The translations under genes were made by a program, and so were the position numbers. This document shows positions 26,601-39,189 of a DNA stretch of 64,000 bases, in pieces. Position 1 is the stretch's first letter, and every line of letters begins with the position of its first letter. Source of the DNA: Raillietiella orientalis (taxonomy: Eukaryota); NCBI GenBank assembly GCA_036172245.1, contig JAYWIR010000059.1, forward strand, positions 496,001 to 560,000. Direction: 5' to 3'. The notes below the pieces were generated by a model. The model was given only the letters and a program-made list of their open reading frames with translations, was not told where the DNA came from and made no database searches.

Positions 26601-29600
26601 ATAGTATCTCCTAGTCGGTAGCACAGATCATGGTTTCATTCATTTTCTTTTTTTCTATGAAAATTTAACATTTTGACCCCCATCGGCAACCTACGAGAAA
26701 AAAAAAAAAATTGAAAACTAATGATTATTCCTCACAGCTGGATGATGCATGCTATTAAATGCTTCGGGATACTTCGTAAAGCAATTACTTTGTGTAAGCC
26801 CCTTATCATTTGGTGCATCATGTACCAACAGATATGTTTCAATTATTTTTCTTTGCATCACATCATGAGTGATTTCACAAAACTGAATGTGGCTTCAGGT
26901 CATGTGGATCCGTAAGCGAGACTCTCATTTACTCACCATTAACGAATACACTTTCATCAGAGATGATCGTTTCTTGGTGAAGCACAACATCAAAGAAAAT
27001 AACTGGGTTCTGCAAGTAAAACAAGTGTTACAAACAGATCAAGGGATCTACGAGTGCCAGATATCCAGCAATCCAAAAGTAGCATTGGCTGTTCTTTTAA
27101 ATGTTCAAGGTAAAGTGCACAAAAATCCTTCGCTATCATTTCTTCAAAGCGTAACCACGGTTTGTACGTCTCTAATGCTCCTTAACTGTTCCGCAAGAAA
27201 TTCTGTGAAATGATTTTTCTGCGATCTGGGTCTCGGTGTTAAGCGAAAATCTTATCACTTCAAGCTTCATTTTCTCACAACTTTGGATCCTTTGTTAATA
27301 TGTGCCTCGAGATGTCTGTGATCGTGTAAACATCATAGCAGTGTTCAGATAGCATCCTCCTCGTACTGTTTCCAGGAAACCTTTGTCTTTGAAAGCATGC
27401 CAGAATGTCTTCTAACTTTGCGTTGGGAGGAACATGAGGGCACATTACACATTCCTCCTGACGCACAATTGTGTGATTTAATTAGAAAATATGTATTAAT
27501 CAGCATCATTTAATATGCATTCAAAGGAAAATCGTGACGTTCGAAATTTTGCTTCTGGGATAGTCGCTCATTGGAATCCAACGATGCAATCCCGGAGACT
27601 CTTTCCATTGAAATTTCCAATCACCATATAGATAAAATTGGAATTCATTACTTTCTCTTTTTATGACTTCCAAGTGTGTTACTACCTCAGGTTTTCTTTA
27701 CTGATTTTAGCAAAATCATGGGTGTACGTCTTCACAGATATCCCAACTAATCCGACCACATTAATATCACGACGAAAAACCACTAGCTTTTTCTTCTTGT
27801 ACCATTTACCTCTCATACTTATAACAAAAGGTCTTTTCTGGAAGATGATTTCTCTTTTGCTACACGCAACCCTTTATACATCCTCCTACGCCAGCTCTGC
27901 CTCCAGAAAATATTGACTGAAGAGTTGGCTTTTCATCTATCATGCAATTCTTTATTTGGAAGAATCAAATCGATCCATTTGACATAAGGGTGATTCATGG
28001 CTCGCAATCGGAGTGAATGGAACACACGCAAGCGCTCTTCCCCTCGCATTTTGGCCGTGGAAGCCTTGAAGACGACGGTGCCTGCATCCCATGCTCGATT
28101 CACATTGGGGATTATTCCCAGGATTCTACACGTTTAGACCTCATGAAAATTCTCATCTCTTTCCTGTGGCTTCCCGGAAGATCATTCTGACTTTAGAATT
28201 TGATTCGGTGTGATAAGATTTGATGAGATTTGGATTGGATGAGATTTGATTTGGTCCTGTTTCACGCGTTGCCAGCTTTCCATCTATCCTAGCATGGAAA
28301 CGATGACATTGACTGAAATCTATCCCAGTTTTCTGAAAGCCTTTTTTTTGTCTTACATTGGTTACAGGAAAAAAAAATTGCATCCAGGCAGAGTGCATTT
28401 CCAAAAAACTCAGCTTGAATATTTGGGATTGGTCGTTACTTTCGCTTTTCCCAGTAAAGGCAGAACCGATTCGAATCTAAGAGAAATTTTAAGTAGGCGA
28501 AAAGCCGGTTTGCATCTTCATATAAATATAACAGGCAGTCCAAGATCAAAAAAAAAAAAAAAAACCTTCAGATTAAGCATTCACGATTTCCAAGACGTGG
28601 GTGTCGCGAACACTGCAAACCGAAGGATGCTATCATACGGGAAAGGAAGATGTTCCTGTATAATTTCAGTTCATTTCAAACAGTCGGGAACAGTGATGCT
28701 AAAGGAACGCTTTGCTCGAAAGGGGATGCCATACTTCACAGTAGTCACTACGTACAAAATCCATGCTCAGAACTTGGTCGGTGGCAACAGTGTACTTGGA
28801 AGGACAACGGGATACTTCTCTCGCAGAGCTGGCGCACACACCAATTCAACTTCATGTTGAGATTAGCGTTCTCAATGCTTATAGTCTTTCACTGGCGGGA
28901 CAGTTCGTAGATGACGTAGGACTGTGATGGATGGAAGCTTCGTTGTCTCCTGATACTCATGTGGAAGGTGACGAAGCGAGTGTGTAGAATGGAGAAGGAA
29001 ACAAAAAAGATAAAACATCTTCGGGGAAAAGGAGTGGCTTACTTTCCTCTCAGAACGGTTTGCCTGATTTCAGTGGGACCATGTGATTTCACATTATCAG
29101 CATATCAAGTGCCTCACTCCTCATTCTTTCCGCTGAGCACTGAGCTTAGAAAATGGCGATTTTGGCAGTTGCCTAGCAAGACTTTACAGCATGCGAAGCA
29201 ACTTCGAAAGTACTCTGATTTTCAAGGATTGCATTTCTATTTCCATGCAAGAATTTCCGGTGTTTACGACTTTACAATGTCCACCTATGGGAAAAATAAG
29301 TAGGAGCAGAGCTATTATAAATTGAATTTTTCTTCTTCTTCTCTAGTACGACATCAGGTTAAATTAGGTGTTGGTTCTCCTTAAACTGATATGACAGTGT
29401 TTCGAATTTTGGCCTGTTTTTCTGGCTTGTTAGCTTCAGCAGGAACGTAATCCAAGAAGGAATATTGTAAGCTATCGTGCTTCCTAGGGAACTTTTCCCA
29501 ATTAGATCAGCTGAGATCATGCCGCCTTGTTGGTCTATTCAGCTATGATACTCTCATAATATGAAATCCAAACATTAGAAATAAATGATGCCGGAGAGAA

Positions 29601-32600
29601 TTCGTTCCCACGTGAAGGAAAGAAGCAACAGCAAGGAAGCTCCTGATGGCCAGGTTGGCACAGTTTCAGTGTTTTGTCATGACTGTACGGGATATGCAAG
29701 CAGAACTTAAAATTCTTAGAGAAACAGGGATCTCATTTTTTTCATTTAATCTGATCTGAATATGAAATTTATGATGAGTTCGGTTAAATGGGATAAAGGG
29801 AAAAACATGGAATAAACATTTATCTCAATGGGAGAAAAAATATATATATATATTTTTTTCCATTTGTCTAAATTCGATAAATGCAAAAACGAAAAGCAAA
29901 AAAACAAAAAAAAAGCAATGTCATTTTCTTAGCTTTGCCTGGAAAAAAATCTATCTTGATTCCGTGTACCTATAGTTTCATTTCCTAACCCACAAGTCTC
30001 GTAATCTTTTGGAGAACAAATTTAATGTATTAACACTGGCAACATTCACGTATTATTCAGTGTTCGGAACGCTTTTTAATTAAGGATGATGAAATTTCCA
30101 ATGCAGGACATCTTTAATTTCGAATTCTAGACCTGACCAGATACATCATCCCAATGTATTACTGTCAACCGAAATAGTTATGCCACATGCAGTACATCGT
30201 TCACTTCCGGCAAACATCGATTAACCACATAATCCAGCCATTAAGGCAGGATTATGTGGAACATATATGGATGTTCTTGTTTTCAAAATCATTGTTCCCT
30301 TGAGCTGGGACAATTATTTACAGCTATATTCAATTGTTTGGATCGTAATGAAGCAATTCTTGATTGCTTCATTACGACGAGAAATAACCGGCAAGCATGG
30401 AGCGCTACTGTGGACCCATTGCCGTGGAACCCATCGTCACTCGAGTCGCAGCCAAGCAGGAATGTAAAGGCAGAACCTGTAAATCCAGAAGTCCTCCTTT
30501 CGTGTGAGTGCTCATTTCACTCGGACCAGAAATCACTAGTAAGAGGAAACGAGATCCCCGGACATCGATCTTTAATCTGCCTTCCGGGTTTGAATTCTGA
30601 AAATGATTAGCGTCACTCTCCAAGCGGAGTCGCTTCGCTTGCACAGGATTTAACTGCTTGCCTCCATGTGCTGGTGACTGAGCTTCGGAAGTCTGGAGGT
30701 TCCTCCTTCCATCTCTGGGGTGTTCTCATCCAAGAACTGCGCATCCCGCTATGGAGGGGAATGTGTTCAACTTTCACAAAGCCATGAAACCGAATTTGTT
30801 GCATCAATGAAAGAGAAAAGTATAGGGTCTCTCCTCTGTATAAATCATGTTTTCAGGGTTTTGAAACATAAAATCAGAATATCTGTGAGATGACTCCCAT
30901 CAGAGACTCTGACAAACTACAGGAAAGATGACATTCTCAGAATTGTGGCATTGTGATGGGAAAGTGGATGCGTTTTTTGAAAAGGGTGCGATAATGAGAA
31001 AGCATCAGATTAAAAATCTTACTTCCCTTTCTCTGAAATCTTTGGAAATCCGAAATGCTGCGCAAGCCTCTATCTGATCTCATCCGATCCTTGTGAAAAT
31101 GCATGCAGGTTTCTCCTCAATAAATCTTTACAATTCAGGGTCCAGCGTTCTTGTACTGTTTCTCATGTATCATTTCTCTCTGTCCTCTATCGTTTTTTCC
31201 GGGAACAAAAGCACAGGATTTTGATCTGCAAATCTCACTCTATGGCATCGAGTTCAAATCGGGACGAAACTGGGATCCCTTCCGAACTCAGGCAAGGATG
31301 TGAAAAATCACCACAAAAGAATTAGCGCCTTCAATCTTGAACTAATAGTTGCGTGGCCTGAATGATGCCCACAACGATAAAGTAACTCCGCAGTCATTGT
31401 GTCAAAGTTATTTTGTGTGTCACAAGGATGAAATGCACTAGAAGAAAGGGTGTAAAAACTGAGCGAATTCTAAAGAACTTTTGCTCTTCCTGGGGGAATG
31501 CGTTTTTTTTTTTGCTGTTGTTTTTTACGTGAAAACGGAAATGTCAAGATGCAAGATGTTTTGCAAAGTTATCGTAATGCATTGTGATTTGAAAATTAGA
31601 TTGCTTTCAAAATGGACCACGAGCGAAGTTAGTCTCAACGCCTACAAACTTAGTCTCTGCGAAGCAGTGCATTCTTTAGCATTTTCCTTTCCTTTGGGGG
31701 GAAGGGGAAGGAGGAATACTTCACCGAGTTGGTTTAGCATGCACTGATCGAAGGCGATCGAAGGAAGAATTGCAACGGAAGTGACCTGCAATTCAACACG
31801 TGGAGCTTTCGTAGAAATACACGGAAAGTGCTCCTAATTGCCGAAATGCTGAAATCTAACTCAAGAGGACAGAAAATTAATTGAAGAAATCAATCGCCGA
31901 CCTACAGAGATAGATGCACCGTGCGCCAGCAGGAAAAGAAATAAAATAAAATGAGCATGCGTGCTAGCCAGTGTCGAAGCGAGACTATTTCCGGATCCGC
32001 AAAAGGTAATTGAAACCAAGGGGCAGTGCGCACTGAACACTAAGATACACTGCTGTCATGCAGACAAATGACCGTTTACTGGAGAGCAAAAGAATCGCAC
32101 TTTTGCAGAGAACGCTCAACAGAAATCTACTTTCAGGAACATTTTTTCCCTGCAAAAAGAATTGTGTACTTCAGTATCCTTGAAAGATGGATAGATTCGA
32201 TTAAATGATCTGGACAATGACTAGTCAACAGCTCAAACGTTCGCAGTTCCTAGATAATATTCGAATTATAATATTCGAATAATATTCGAATTTTTGGAAT
32301 TTATGGAAAGCCATGCCCAATGCGAAGTATTTCTAGAGGACCCTGTAGTATGTGTACACCTGGGGTCCAGCATTTGAAATGGCTGCAGAGTTTCTGGTTG
32401 CTTCAGGGACCGCCCGAGGAAACGGATTTCAAAATCGGAACTTTGATCAGCTTAGTTTCCGTTTATCCACTTTCTGGGTCGAAATTGCACGATTACAGGG
32501 TCAATTAGCTCGGTCAACATCATTATTGTTGTAATGCACAGTAATTCCAAAGAAATGGAATCGTGCTTTACAGAATACATAAATGGAACAAGTAGCTACA

Positions 32601-33936
32601 AGACAGGTACAAAGAGTTCTTGTCCTGACAGTTAGCAAAGAAGGATTACTCAATCTTCTGTTCCGTGAATCATTAGCGTCAGAGATGAAAAGCTGATATG
32701 GTTAAGTTTCTCCTGCCGCTTAATTTCCATTTCAAAAGCGAATCACTTTAATCATTTCTTGAAGTCGGTTGCAAATCATTTATGTGCACAGCACGCATAA
32801 ACATCAACTTATCTATTTTTCCCAAGTAATTTTGGGCACGAGAGCAAATCTTCCCCCAAATGGCTGTACGTGTTACACAATCATAAAACTGTTTCAGAGC
32901 AGCTTTGCAATAGTCCATTCATTAGCGCTGCATGGAAACGGCTATCTTATGTATCATGATCCACTTTCATCTTGTGATCGGCTAAGAGAATTTCCCCATT
33001 TACAGACCAGTTGTTCTTTTGATTGTTCCAGAAACTCTCGAAGCTGTTCAGGAACCATTAATCTAGAAAACTTTTTTTTTTTTGTCTTTCTAAACCACAC
33101 TGAAAAAATCGCACGAGTGTTGGCACTTTCGTCAAATCTGCATTTTCGTTGGGTTCGAATTTTATGCAGTTTCCGTTTTTCACGCTTGTTTTTTCCCTTT
33201 AAAATCGTTTTTTAGTTTTTTTCGCCTGTACTTCAAACAACATTTACTGATGCACTCTTGCGTCCAGTGAGGTCATTGAGTTCAGAAAGTCTCCCACTAT
33301 TTAGATGGTCAATTACGAGTGTCTCAGTTTCTTAAATCTGAACGGTTGCCGTTGCAACGTAATGGTTTTTGAGAGGAAGAATTTTGCGAGCTTCATACCC
33401 TGGGGCTTCCATTCTTAGCCATTGCTTCAATCCATGAGGAACAACCCACAGAAACTGAATGCTTTCACATTTGCAGTTCCCGAAGTGAAAATCAAGCAAG
33501 GGAGCGAAATTCGTGTGAAATCTGGAAGTAACGTGTACCTGGATTGCTTGGTGTCCAACATCGCCGAAAGTGAGGTACCAGTGTTCTGGCTCCGAAACGG
33601 CGATGACCTCCAGCATGATGCCCGCTACTTGATCACTCAGACCAGAGAGAAAAAACGTACGGTTGCGAAAACCATCATGCTGAAGAAGACAAATTCCAGC
33701 ATGACAGGGAAGTACACTTGCAGCGTATCATACTTAACGAACGCGTCGATAGTTGTGATGACTGTTGAAGGTAAGCTACTGGGCAAATGTCAGTTTTATT
33801 AGACACCTTTGCAGATGAAAAGCTAGCAGTAATCTATAAAGGAAGCGGATTCAGTTTATTGGATTCAATTACTGCTTCCGCGACTGCGTCATTGCTTTTT
33901 TCGTGCATGTTTTGTGAATGGTTGTCTCACATCTAG
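14524..33936 (+). CDS. dpr: Dpr-family (defective proboscis extension response / zig-8-like) two-Ig-domain cell-surface protein; spliced CDS join(14524..14611,17252..17409,26899..27109,33477..33770,33815..33936), 290 aa
   Basis: Exon lengths 88+158+211+294+122=873 nt give one open frame; all introns are GT-AG with compatible phases (1,0,1,1). Ig1 reads PHFDRSAVTNVSVQLGASAYLPCKVRRLGDKS|VMWIRKRDSHLLT...DDRF...WVLQVKQVLQTDQGIYECQIS, matching the Dpr signature. Ig2 has DCLV...VFWLRNG...GKYTC. The specific paralogue cannot be assigned. Confidence 0.9.
17252..17409 (+). CDS. dpr: dpr exon: start of Ig1 (not in the ORF track)
   Basis: Acceptor CCCTTCTTTTCAG; translation (D)SSRAGLAITPSGIPEGDILSPHFDRSAVTNVSVQLGASAYLPCKVRRLGDKS; donor GTGAG at 17410. 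Confidence 0.92.
19567..19606. repeat. Perfect inverted repeat, 18-bp arms, 4-nt loop
   Basis: ACATCAGATCTGCTAGCA AAAA TGCTAGCAGATCTGATGT. Confidence 0.95.
25820..25990 (-). mobile_element. Possible hAT dimerisation-domain remnant in a dpr intron
   Basis: THPILYWR (DPLxYW-like) and AVDRLF (SERxFS-like). Confidence 0.25.
26899..27109 (+). CDS. dpr: dpr exon: remainder of Ig1
   Basis: Acceptor AAACTGAATGTGGCTTCAG; VMWIRKRDSHLLTINEYTFIRDDRFLVKHNIKENNWVLQVKQVLQTDQGIYECQISSNPKVALAVLLNVQ; donor G|GTAAAG. Confidence 0.95.
28570..28880 (+). mobile_element. Degenerate Gypsy-type integrase core in a dpr intron
   Basis: SIHDF, LKERFARKGMPYFTVVT (LxxIFARxGxPxxIVSD-like) and, after a frameshift, WKDNGILLSQSWRTHQFN (NGIxHxxSxPxHPxSN-like). 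Confidence 0.55.
30200..30260 (+). mobile_element. pogo/Tigger DDE motif remnant
   Basis: LPAN followed, after a frameshift, by HIIQPLRQD (LPANTTxxIQPLDQG-like). Confidence 0.35.
32255..32291. repeat. Short tandem repeat of ATAATATTCGA-type units (three copies)
   Basis: ATAATATTCGAATTATAATATTCGAATAATATTCGAAT. Confidence 0.85.
33477..33770 (+). CDS. dpr: dpr exon: Ig2
   Basis: Acceptor AAACTGAATGCTTTCACATTTGCAG (same AAACTGAATG branch-like motif as the previous acceptor); VPEVKIKQGSEIRVKSGSNVYLDCLVSN...VFWLRNG...MTGKYTCSVSYLTNASIVVMTVE; donor G|GTAAGC. Confidence 0.93.
33815..33936 (+). CDS. dpr: dpr terminal exon: hydrophobic, GPI-signal-like tail
   Basis: Acceptor CCTTTGCAG after a 44-nt intron; in-frame DEKLAVIYKGSGFSLLDSITASATASLLFSCMFCEWLSHI*, with small residues followed by a hydrophobic C-terminus as expected for Dpr proteins. 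Confidence 0.7.
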
Positions 33937-35059
33937 CAAAACAGCAGTTGGTTTTCCATGACTACGAATCGAAAACTATTGGTACGGACATCGCTTCGAA
34001 GTGATGCACATCCCATGTAGACGCTGGCCAAAAAAAAAAAATGAAAAAGAAAAAACAACAACAAAAAAATTATTTTCGAATAAAGAGAATATCTGTTACA
34101 CAATAAATCAAGTGCCTGCTCATTTGGAACTTCCAAAACTCTTGGAAGCAAGTTGATCTGAAACACCGCTTGGCAGCACATTCTGATGTGCTAACTATTT
34201 GCGTTCGCTTTTGTACGACAAGAAATTTATTCCGGTGAATGATCCTTTCGCACAGAGTTGCCCTAATACCACCACATTAACTTGCTTATCCACAGCAAAA
34301 CAAACAATGTTACAGAAAAGGATTTTCCAACCATCCTAAGCGCATTTATCCGAACTTCGTCTCGGCAACTGATAGAGAGAGTCCCGTTGATTCTCAGGTG
34401 GGAGTCTAGCCGCCCACAGGCTCTTAGAATGCTCTCAGCATGGTGCTTTTCACAAGGCTCAATTTTTGTGAGGTTAAGAGGAAAATGATCCACTCGGTGG
34501 ATTTATCCTTTCTGGTTTGCTTAACCAGATCGTTTATCCAGTTTATTACTCTCTGAAATTGCAAGCTGTTCGAAAGAATCCATTAAAACAGTAATGGAAT
34601 TTTGTTTGAAGAGCATAAACAAGCATTTTCATTTACAGGGATGGTGCAGCTCTTATGATGGAATTCATCTTATTGCTGACGCCATCCTTGTGACCACATG
34701 CATTCCCTCCGACTGTTGAGTTTTCTCTAAGGAATGCTTCCGGTTGACAAATGTGCGTCGTTTGGGTCCCGTGAGCTCTCATCACTGAAGCCAAAGAATC
34801 AATTTGCAGTTTCCGCTATCCGAAGCATCCACCTAGTTGCTTGTTTTGTTTTTTGTTTTCTTTATCTCTCTATGAAAGAGCTGAAGGGATTTTTCGGAAT
34901 TCTGGAAGCAATTTTTTTCATAAGTAAATCAAAATCAGACATCAAGTGCTGATTTCGAATTATTTCTTCCTGAGGACGTTGGATGGAAATGATGTTCGAA
35001 ACTCGATCAATTCAGACCATTTTCTATCAGATTACTTACCCTAATCCTGCAACTTTTGA

Positions 35060-35360
35060 GATCATGGAGAGAATCCACCTTCAAGGCACATCAAACACTT
35101 CAAAGAGAATTTTGCGATCTTTGGGAGAAAAGTGCATGTGGAAGAACAAGTTTAAAGCTAGCACATATGAATGGAGACCAAGATAACAAAAAAGATGAGG
35201 TAGTAGAGACAAGTTATTCTTTAATGCTTACTCTAGTAACAGTACCAATGTTCTTCTATACATCAAGATAGGGGACGAGCAAATTAAATTCTCTTGAGAA
35301 TTATCAGGAACCGTCAGGGATAGCAAGATAATCAGATATGAAAACGATGTATTAATGACG
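35060..35360 (+). mobile_element. Possible CR1/L2-like RT remnant
   Basis: IHLQGTSNTSKRILRSL (IDLxKAFDTV-like) and IIRYENDVL (YADD-like). Confidence 0.28.
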
Positions 35361-35499
35361 TTCCAAGAACATTAGGTCAGGTGAGCAAGCGTTATTTCTT
35401 CATTACGACGATGATGAAATGATTGTAGAGATAATGACCGTTATCGTAAGCCCATCATTCCTAATTGCTTATTGCGTGTATAGAGGCCATTTCTCGAAG

Positions 35500-37915
35500 T
35501 GTTGTGCCAAATTCGCTAATTCTAAAAATGGACTTTTCAAAAGCTGAAAAGTTCATCAGCTATGGGTGTGAGACAACGGGGAGATGCAAGCTCGAGGGCA
35601 GGTTCATGCTGCTCACAGGGTGGCATGGCACCCCTGGAACTTTGCTGGCAGAGTTCTTGTGGTTTGTCAGCGAGGTGCGCCGTCGCCAAACACGTGTCCC
35701 CTCGAGGAATACATGCTGCTTGGTCACCATTCCCTCCCTTGCAGCGCTCTTGGAAAAAGGCGACCGGTTGCGAAGAGCTAATCGTGTCCGGTCACTCATC
35801 CATCCTCGAACAGGGATCACGGCAAGGACGTGATCCAAACGACCCTGGTCGGGGCACATTTCATTGTGCACCTTTGCCAGTGAGCTTCGCTTCGTTCGAG
35901 TTCCACTCTTGTGTGAGGTATCTGCCGTCCGTCTGATAATCGATGGAATTTCACCTCATGATCAGATTCGCGCCGATTCCTCGCTAGGAATGCTGCTTCC
36001 CCTTTCTGCACTGAGTTCCTCGCAAGCATGGCAGAGTGCATCGGACAGCTGATCAGACTCGAACACCTGTCTCAAAATCGCTCGAATCACCTTGCAGACA
36101 ACGCTTGTGTTATCGCCGAGACTTCATTGTTTTTTCGTCGACCGTCTGCCCAGAGCAGTTGTGGTCACCTTCCAGGTTTGCTTCGCAGCGGTGTGGATTA
36201 ATCTTTCGGGAAGCTTTCCGGAGGGTACACAATGGAATGTGCCTCCGAAGGATCCCTGGAGCGTGCATATGACAAAAGCACGCACCAGGGATCCTGAGAA
36301 AGTCACCGGGCACATTTCAGAAAGCTTCCCAAAGGATTAATCCACTAGTGCTGGGTGTGCCTGGTAAAGATGGAAGCTTTTCTTTAATCTGCGGAGCTCA
36401 CTGTTTCACTTCTGGCGGTAAACCAATTCCACGAACCTTCGTTCTTCTCCCCTTTTCGATTTATGGATCGTCACTGCTTTTGAGAGCATCATGGATGGGG
36501 TTCTTCAGGCTGTAAAAGCCGGGGCTCCCCAATTTCGGCCTGGACATCTTAAAAGACAAAGGTTACCCTCATTTTTATCCGTGCCACCCCTAATTTATGG
36601 AAGTTCACGTGCTGGGAGCGAACCTGTTCGATCCTCAAGCACTGCAGCCCGCTCTCCTCCCTTCTATTCAAGCCCGAAGCTTTCTATGCAGCAGCTTGCA
36701 CGAATTCATGCCGCACTTCACCGATTTGTAAGGTTCAGCAGAGTCCGGCCATCGTGCAGCATTGCTGGAAGCAGATCGTACTGCTCTTCGTTCACTGGGA
36801 ATTCCAGGAGTTTCCGGAAGAGTTGCATCTCCGAACTGTGCCAGATGCAGATCGACGGAGTCGATCATGCACCTGCTTTTGAACCGCGGTGCCTTCAACT
36901 GTGGTGGAGAACTGTGGTGGAGGCTAGCAACAGCACTTCTGCTCCAGGAGGACACTGAGTCCTAGACGTGCTGCCTCGGTTCTTCGCGTCGAGGGGCCAC
37001 TCGAGGGCGCATTTATCGCAGCCATGGGTTGCAGCCGTGCCATTGTTAGAGCCCGACTGGGGCTGGAAATCACCACGCAGCGAAGGGAGGTCACCAGGTT
37101 GGCAGCCACCTGCATCAGGACGGCTGTAAGGTGGCCTCACCTGGAAGAGGAAGCAAGGAGGAGATCACAGGCATTCACCGCCTGTTGATGGACGGCTTGG
37201 AACTGCGGATCTGGTGATCCTTGTCCTCTCCCTCCCTCTATTTTATTTTTCTTCCTAACTTCACATCCCCATTCGCTCCGTTACTGTCTTGGTGCTTTTT
37301 TTTTAATCCCGTTGAATGAGAAGCGAAACCAAATCCCTGCCCTTCTTACCCACTTTGTTTTTTTTGTTGTCCCCTTGCCCTTCACCGGTTCCGGACTTTC
37401 CGTTTTCCCGGCCTGCGTGCTAGTGGACCCTCCCCTTCGCTTTTGTAGTCGTCGGTTGGGAACTTTTGTTTCCGGGCCTGACCGAGTGAAAAACTTCCAA
37501 ACTGGAAGGAGGAGAAGGAATGAGGCCGACATCCCGGAGAACCGTTCGAGAGTGCCATCGCTGGCGGGTTTGCATGCGAAGGGCGATGGAATGGATCAAT
37601 CCGGGATGGGGGAGGTGAGAGGGAACCTTCGAGCAATCGTGCTATGCGCATAGACTGACTCCAATCCGATGATCGCTCCCACCCACTTCCAATCCATCCC
37701 TTTCCTGTTCGATGCAGACCATCGGGAATCAAGTGGAACCCCGTAAAGAAGGTCCATTCCACTCCCTATTTATTCATTCACTCACTGCTCCCCCTCCTCA
37801 CTCTCCACTCTTTCCCAGTTCTGTTCCCTGCGAAGACAGCCCCTTCGGGTCCGGGACTATGCACATCTGTCTCTCACTATTCTGTTCTGATTTATTTATT
37901 TGTCTGCAATAAATA
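35500..37915 (+). mobile_element. Degenerate Tx1/L1-clade LINE: RT fragment, zf-RVT and 3' UTR
   Basis: MDFSKA, GVRQ, PPFY and SPNCARCRSTESIMHLLLN...LW (zf-RVT CCHC-like, about 36828-36915). The 3' part is similar to copies at 37930-38505 and 39190-40035 and ends near AATAAA at about 37907. Confidence 0.65.
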
Positions 37916-37929
37916 GTCCGGCTATCTGG

Positions 37930-38505
37930 GATGGGAAGGCGATTCATCCCGAGCGCTTTTTTCCTTAAAGAAGATAACAGAAAGTAGGAGCAGAGGAGAG
38001 CGGAAGTGCACGTGGGAGGGAACACCGACTCACAGATCGGCCATGTGGAGAGTCCGAGAAAGGAGAACAAACAAATGTAAAAAGATGGAGGGGGAGTCTC
38101 CTCTGCAGCCACCGCGAGATGCGGGTGATCTCCGTGGAGACTTCCGGTAAGTAGGGACGCCTCGCTGCAGTCCTCGTGGAGACGCCCTCTATACGGGTGA
38201 ATTCCTTTTGTTGCCACGACCTTTAGAGGTGGTGATGCAGGACGAGGCAAAGCGTTCGACCCTGGCTGCTGCAACCCTTGCCACAGCACTGCCTGCCCTG
38301 AGGGCAAGCGACGACAGCTGTCAACAGGCGCGGTGGGAGTTTTCCTGCACCATGGTGGGAAAGACGCAACTACTTGGCAGCTAGAAGACGCGCGAGTTGG
38401 TAGATGCTCCTCCACCGATTCGCTCACTGTGGCGGCGCATCTACCAATTCGCGCATCTGGTGACTCACGCAGCTCTTTCACTCTGCTCCGCTGCACCCGA
38501 TGGTA
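37930..38505 (-). mobile_element. Inverted 3' fragment of the same Tx1-like family
   Basis: ESPDARIGRCAATVSESVEEHL is a zf-RVT remnant. The reverse complement shares GGGTTGCAGC, ATCACCAC and GGAGATCAC blocks in order with 37020-37175. Confidence 0.55.
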
Positions 38506-38510
38506 CGTAC

Positions 38511-39183
38511 AATTCTTCAAGATAGGGGCTACCTCACGAAAGGACCACCCTATGAATGCAGGAAGTCTGTTTTCCTTTCACGCCTGGTAGCGATCCTCCA
38601 AGGGAACCTTCATTCTGGTTGTCTCCGAAGGGAACCTCGAAGGGGTCCGCTCCATTTTTTCTTCTCCGAAGGGAACCCCCAAGGAACTCCGGATAGGATC
38701 CGCTATTAGGAATTTCTTCTCCGGAGGGAACCCGCAAAGGGACCGCTCCTAGTTTCCCCCTCCTCTAAAGAGAACTCCGAAGGGAAGCTTCCGAAATTTC
38801 TCAGAAGGGCGCTCCCCGAAGGGAGTGGCACGCTTCTCTGCACGCTGGAGAGGTACTGCATGGTAGGAGACGGAGGATCCATCCACGATGAGGGAGGGAC
38901 GGCTCCTTTGCACAACCGGAGGGGAACTACCACTCCGGTTGATTCTGTCTCCTGGTAGGACCCCGGAGGGTCGACTCCCAATCCCGGCGACTCATCAAGG
39001 GTATGCGGTTTGAACCGCTACGAGTGCCGCATCTGAAGATGGGTCAACCAGCGTCATCTTGCAAAGGGACTCGAACCCACGAAGCACCTCGCGTTCTCGG
39101 CATCTATCCTTCCCCGGGTGAGATTCGAACCCACGACGCTTGGTGCCACGCACCGAAGTTGTGACCACGTAATTCCGACGCGG
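38511..39183 (-). mobile_element. tRNA-derived SINE-like element, copy 1
   Basis: Minus-strand head CCGCGTCGG...GCGTCGTGGGTTCGAATCTCAC with B-boxes at 39122-39130 and 39068-39076; internal tandem units of about 40 bp; colinear similarity with 51279-51996. Confidence 0.7.
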
Positions 39184-39189
39184 ATATCA

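Noticed and set aside
38620..38825. CRISPR-like repeat/spacer appearance
   Set aside because: Units are degenerate, linkers are short and similar between the two copies, no cas genes are present, and the context is eukaryotic.
39105..39185. Possible tRNA gene
   Set aside because: T-arm/B-box present, but no proper acceptor stem or 7-nt anticodon loop; it is the head of a dispersed repeat.
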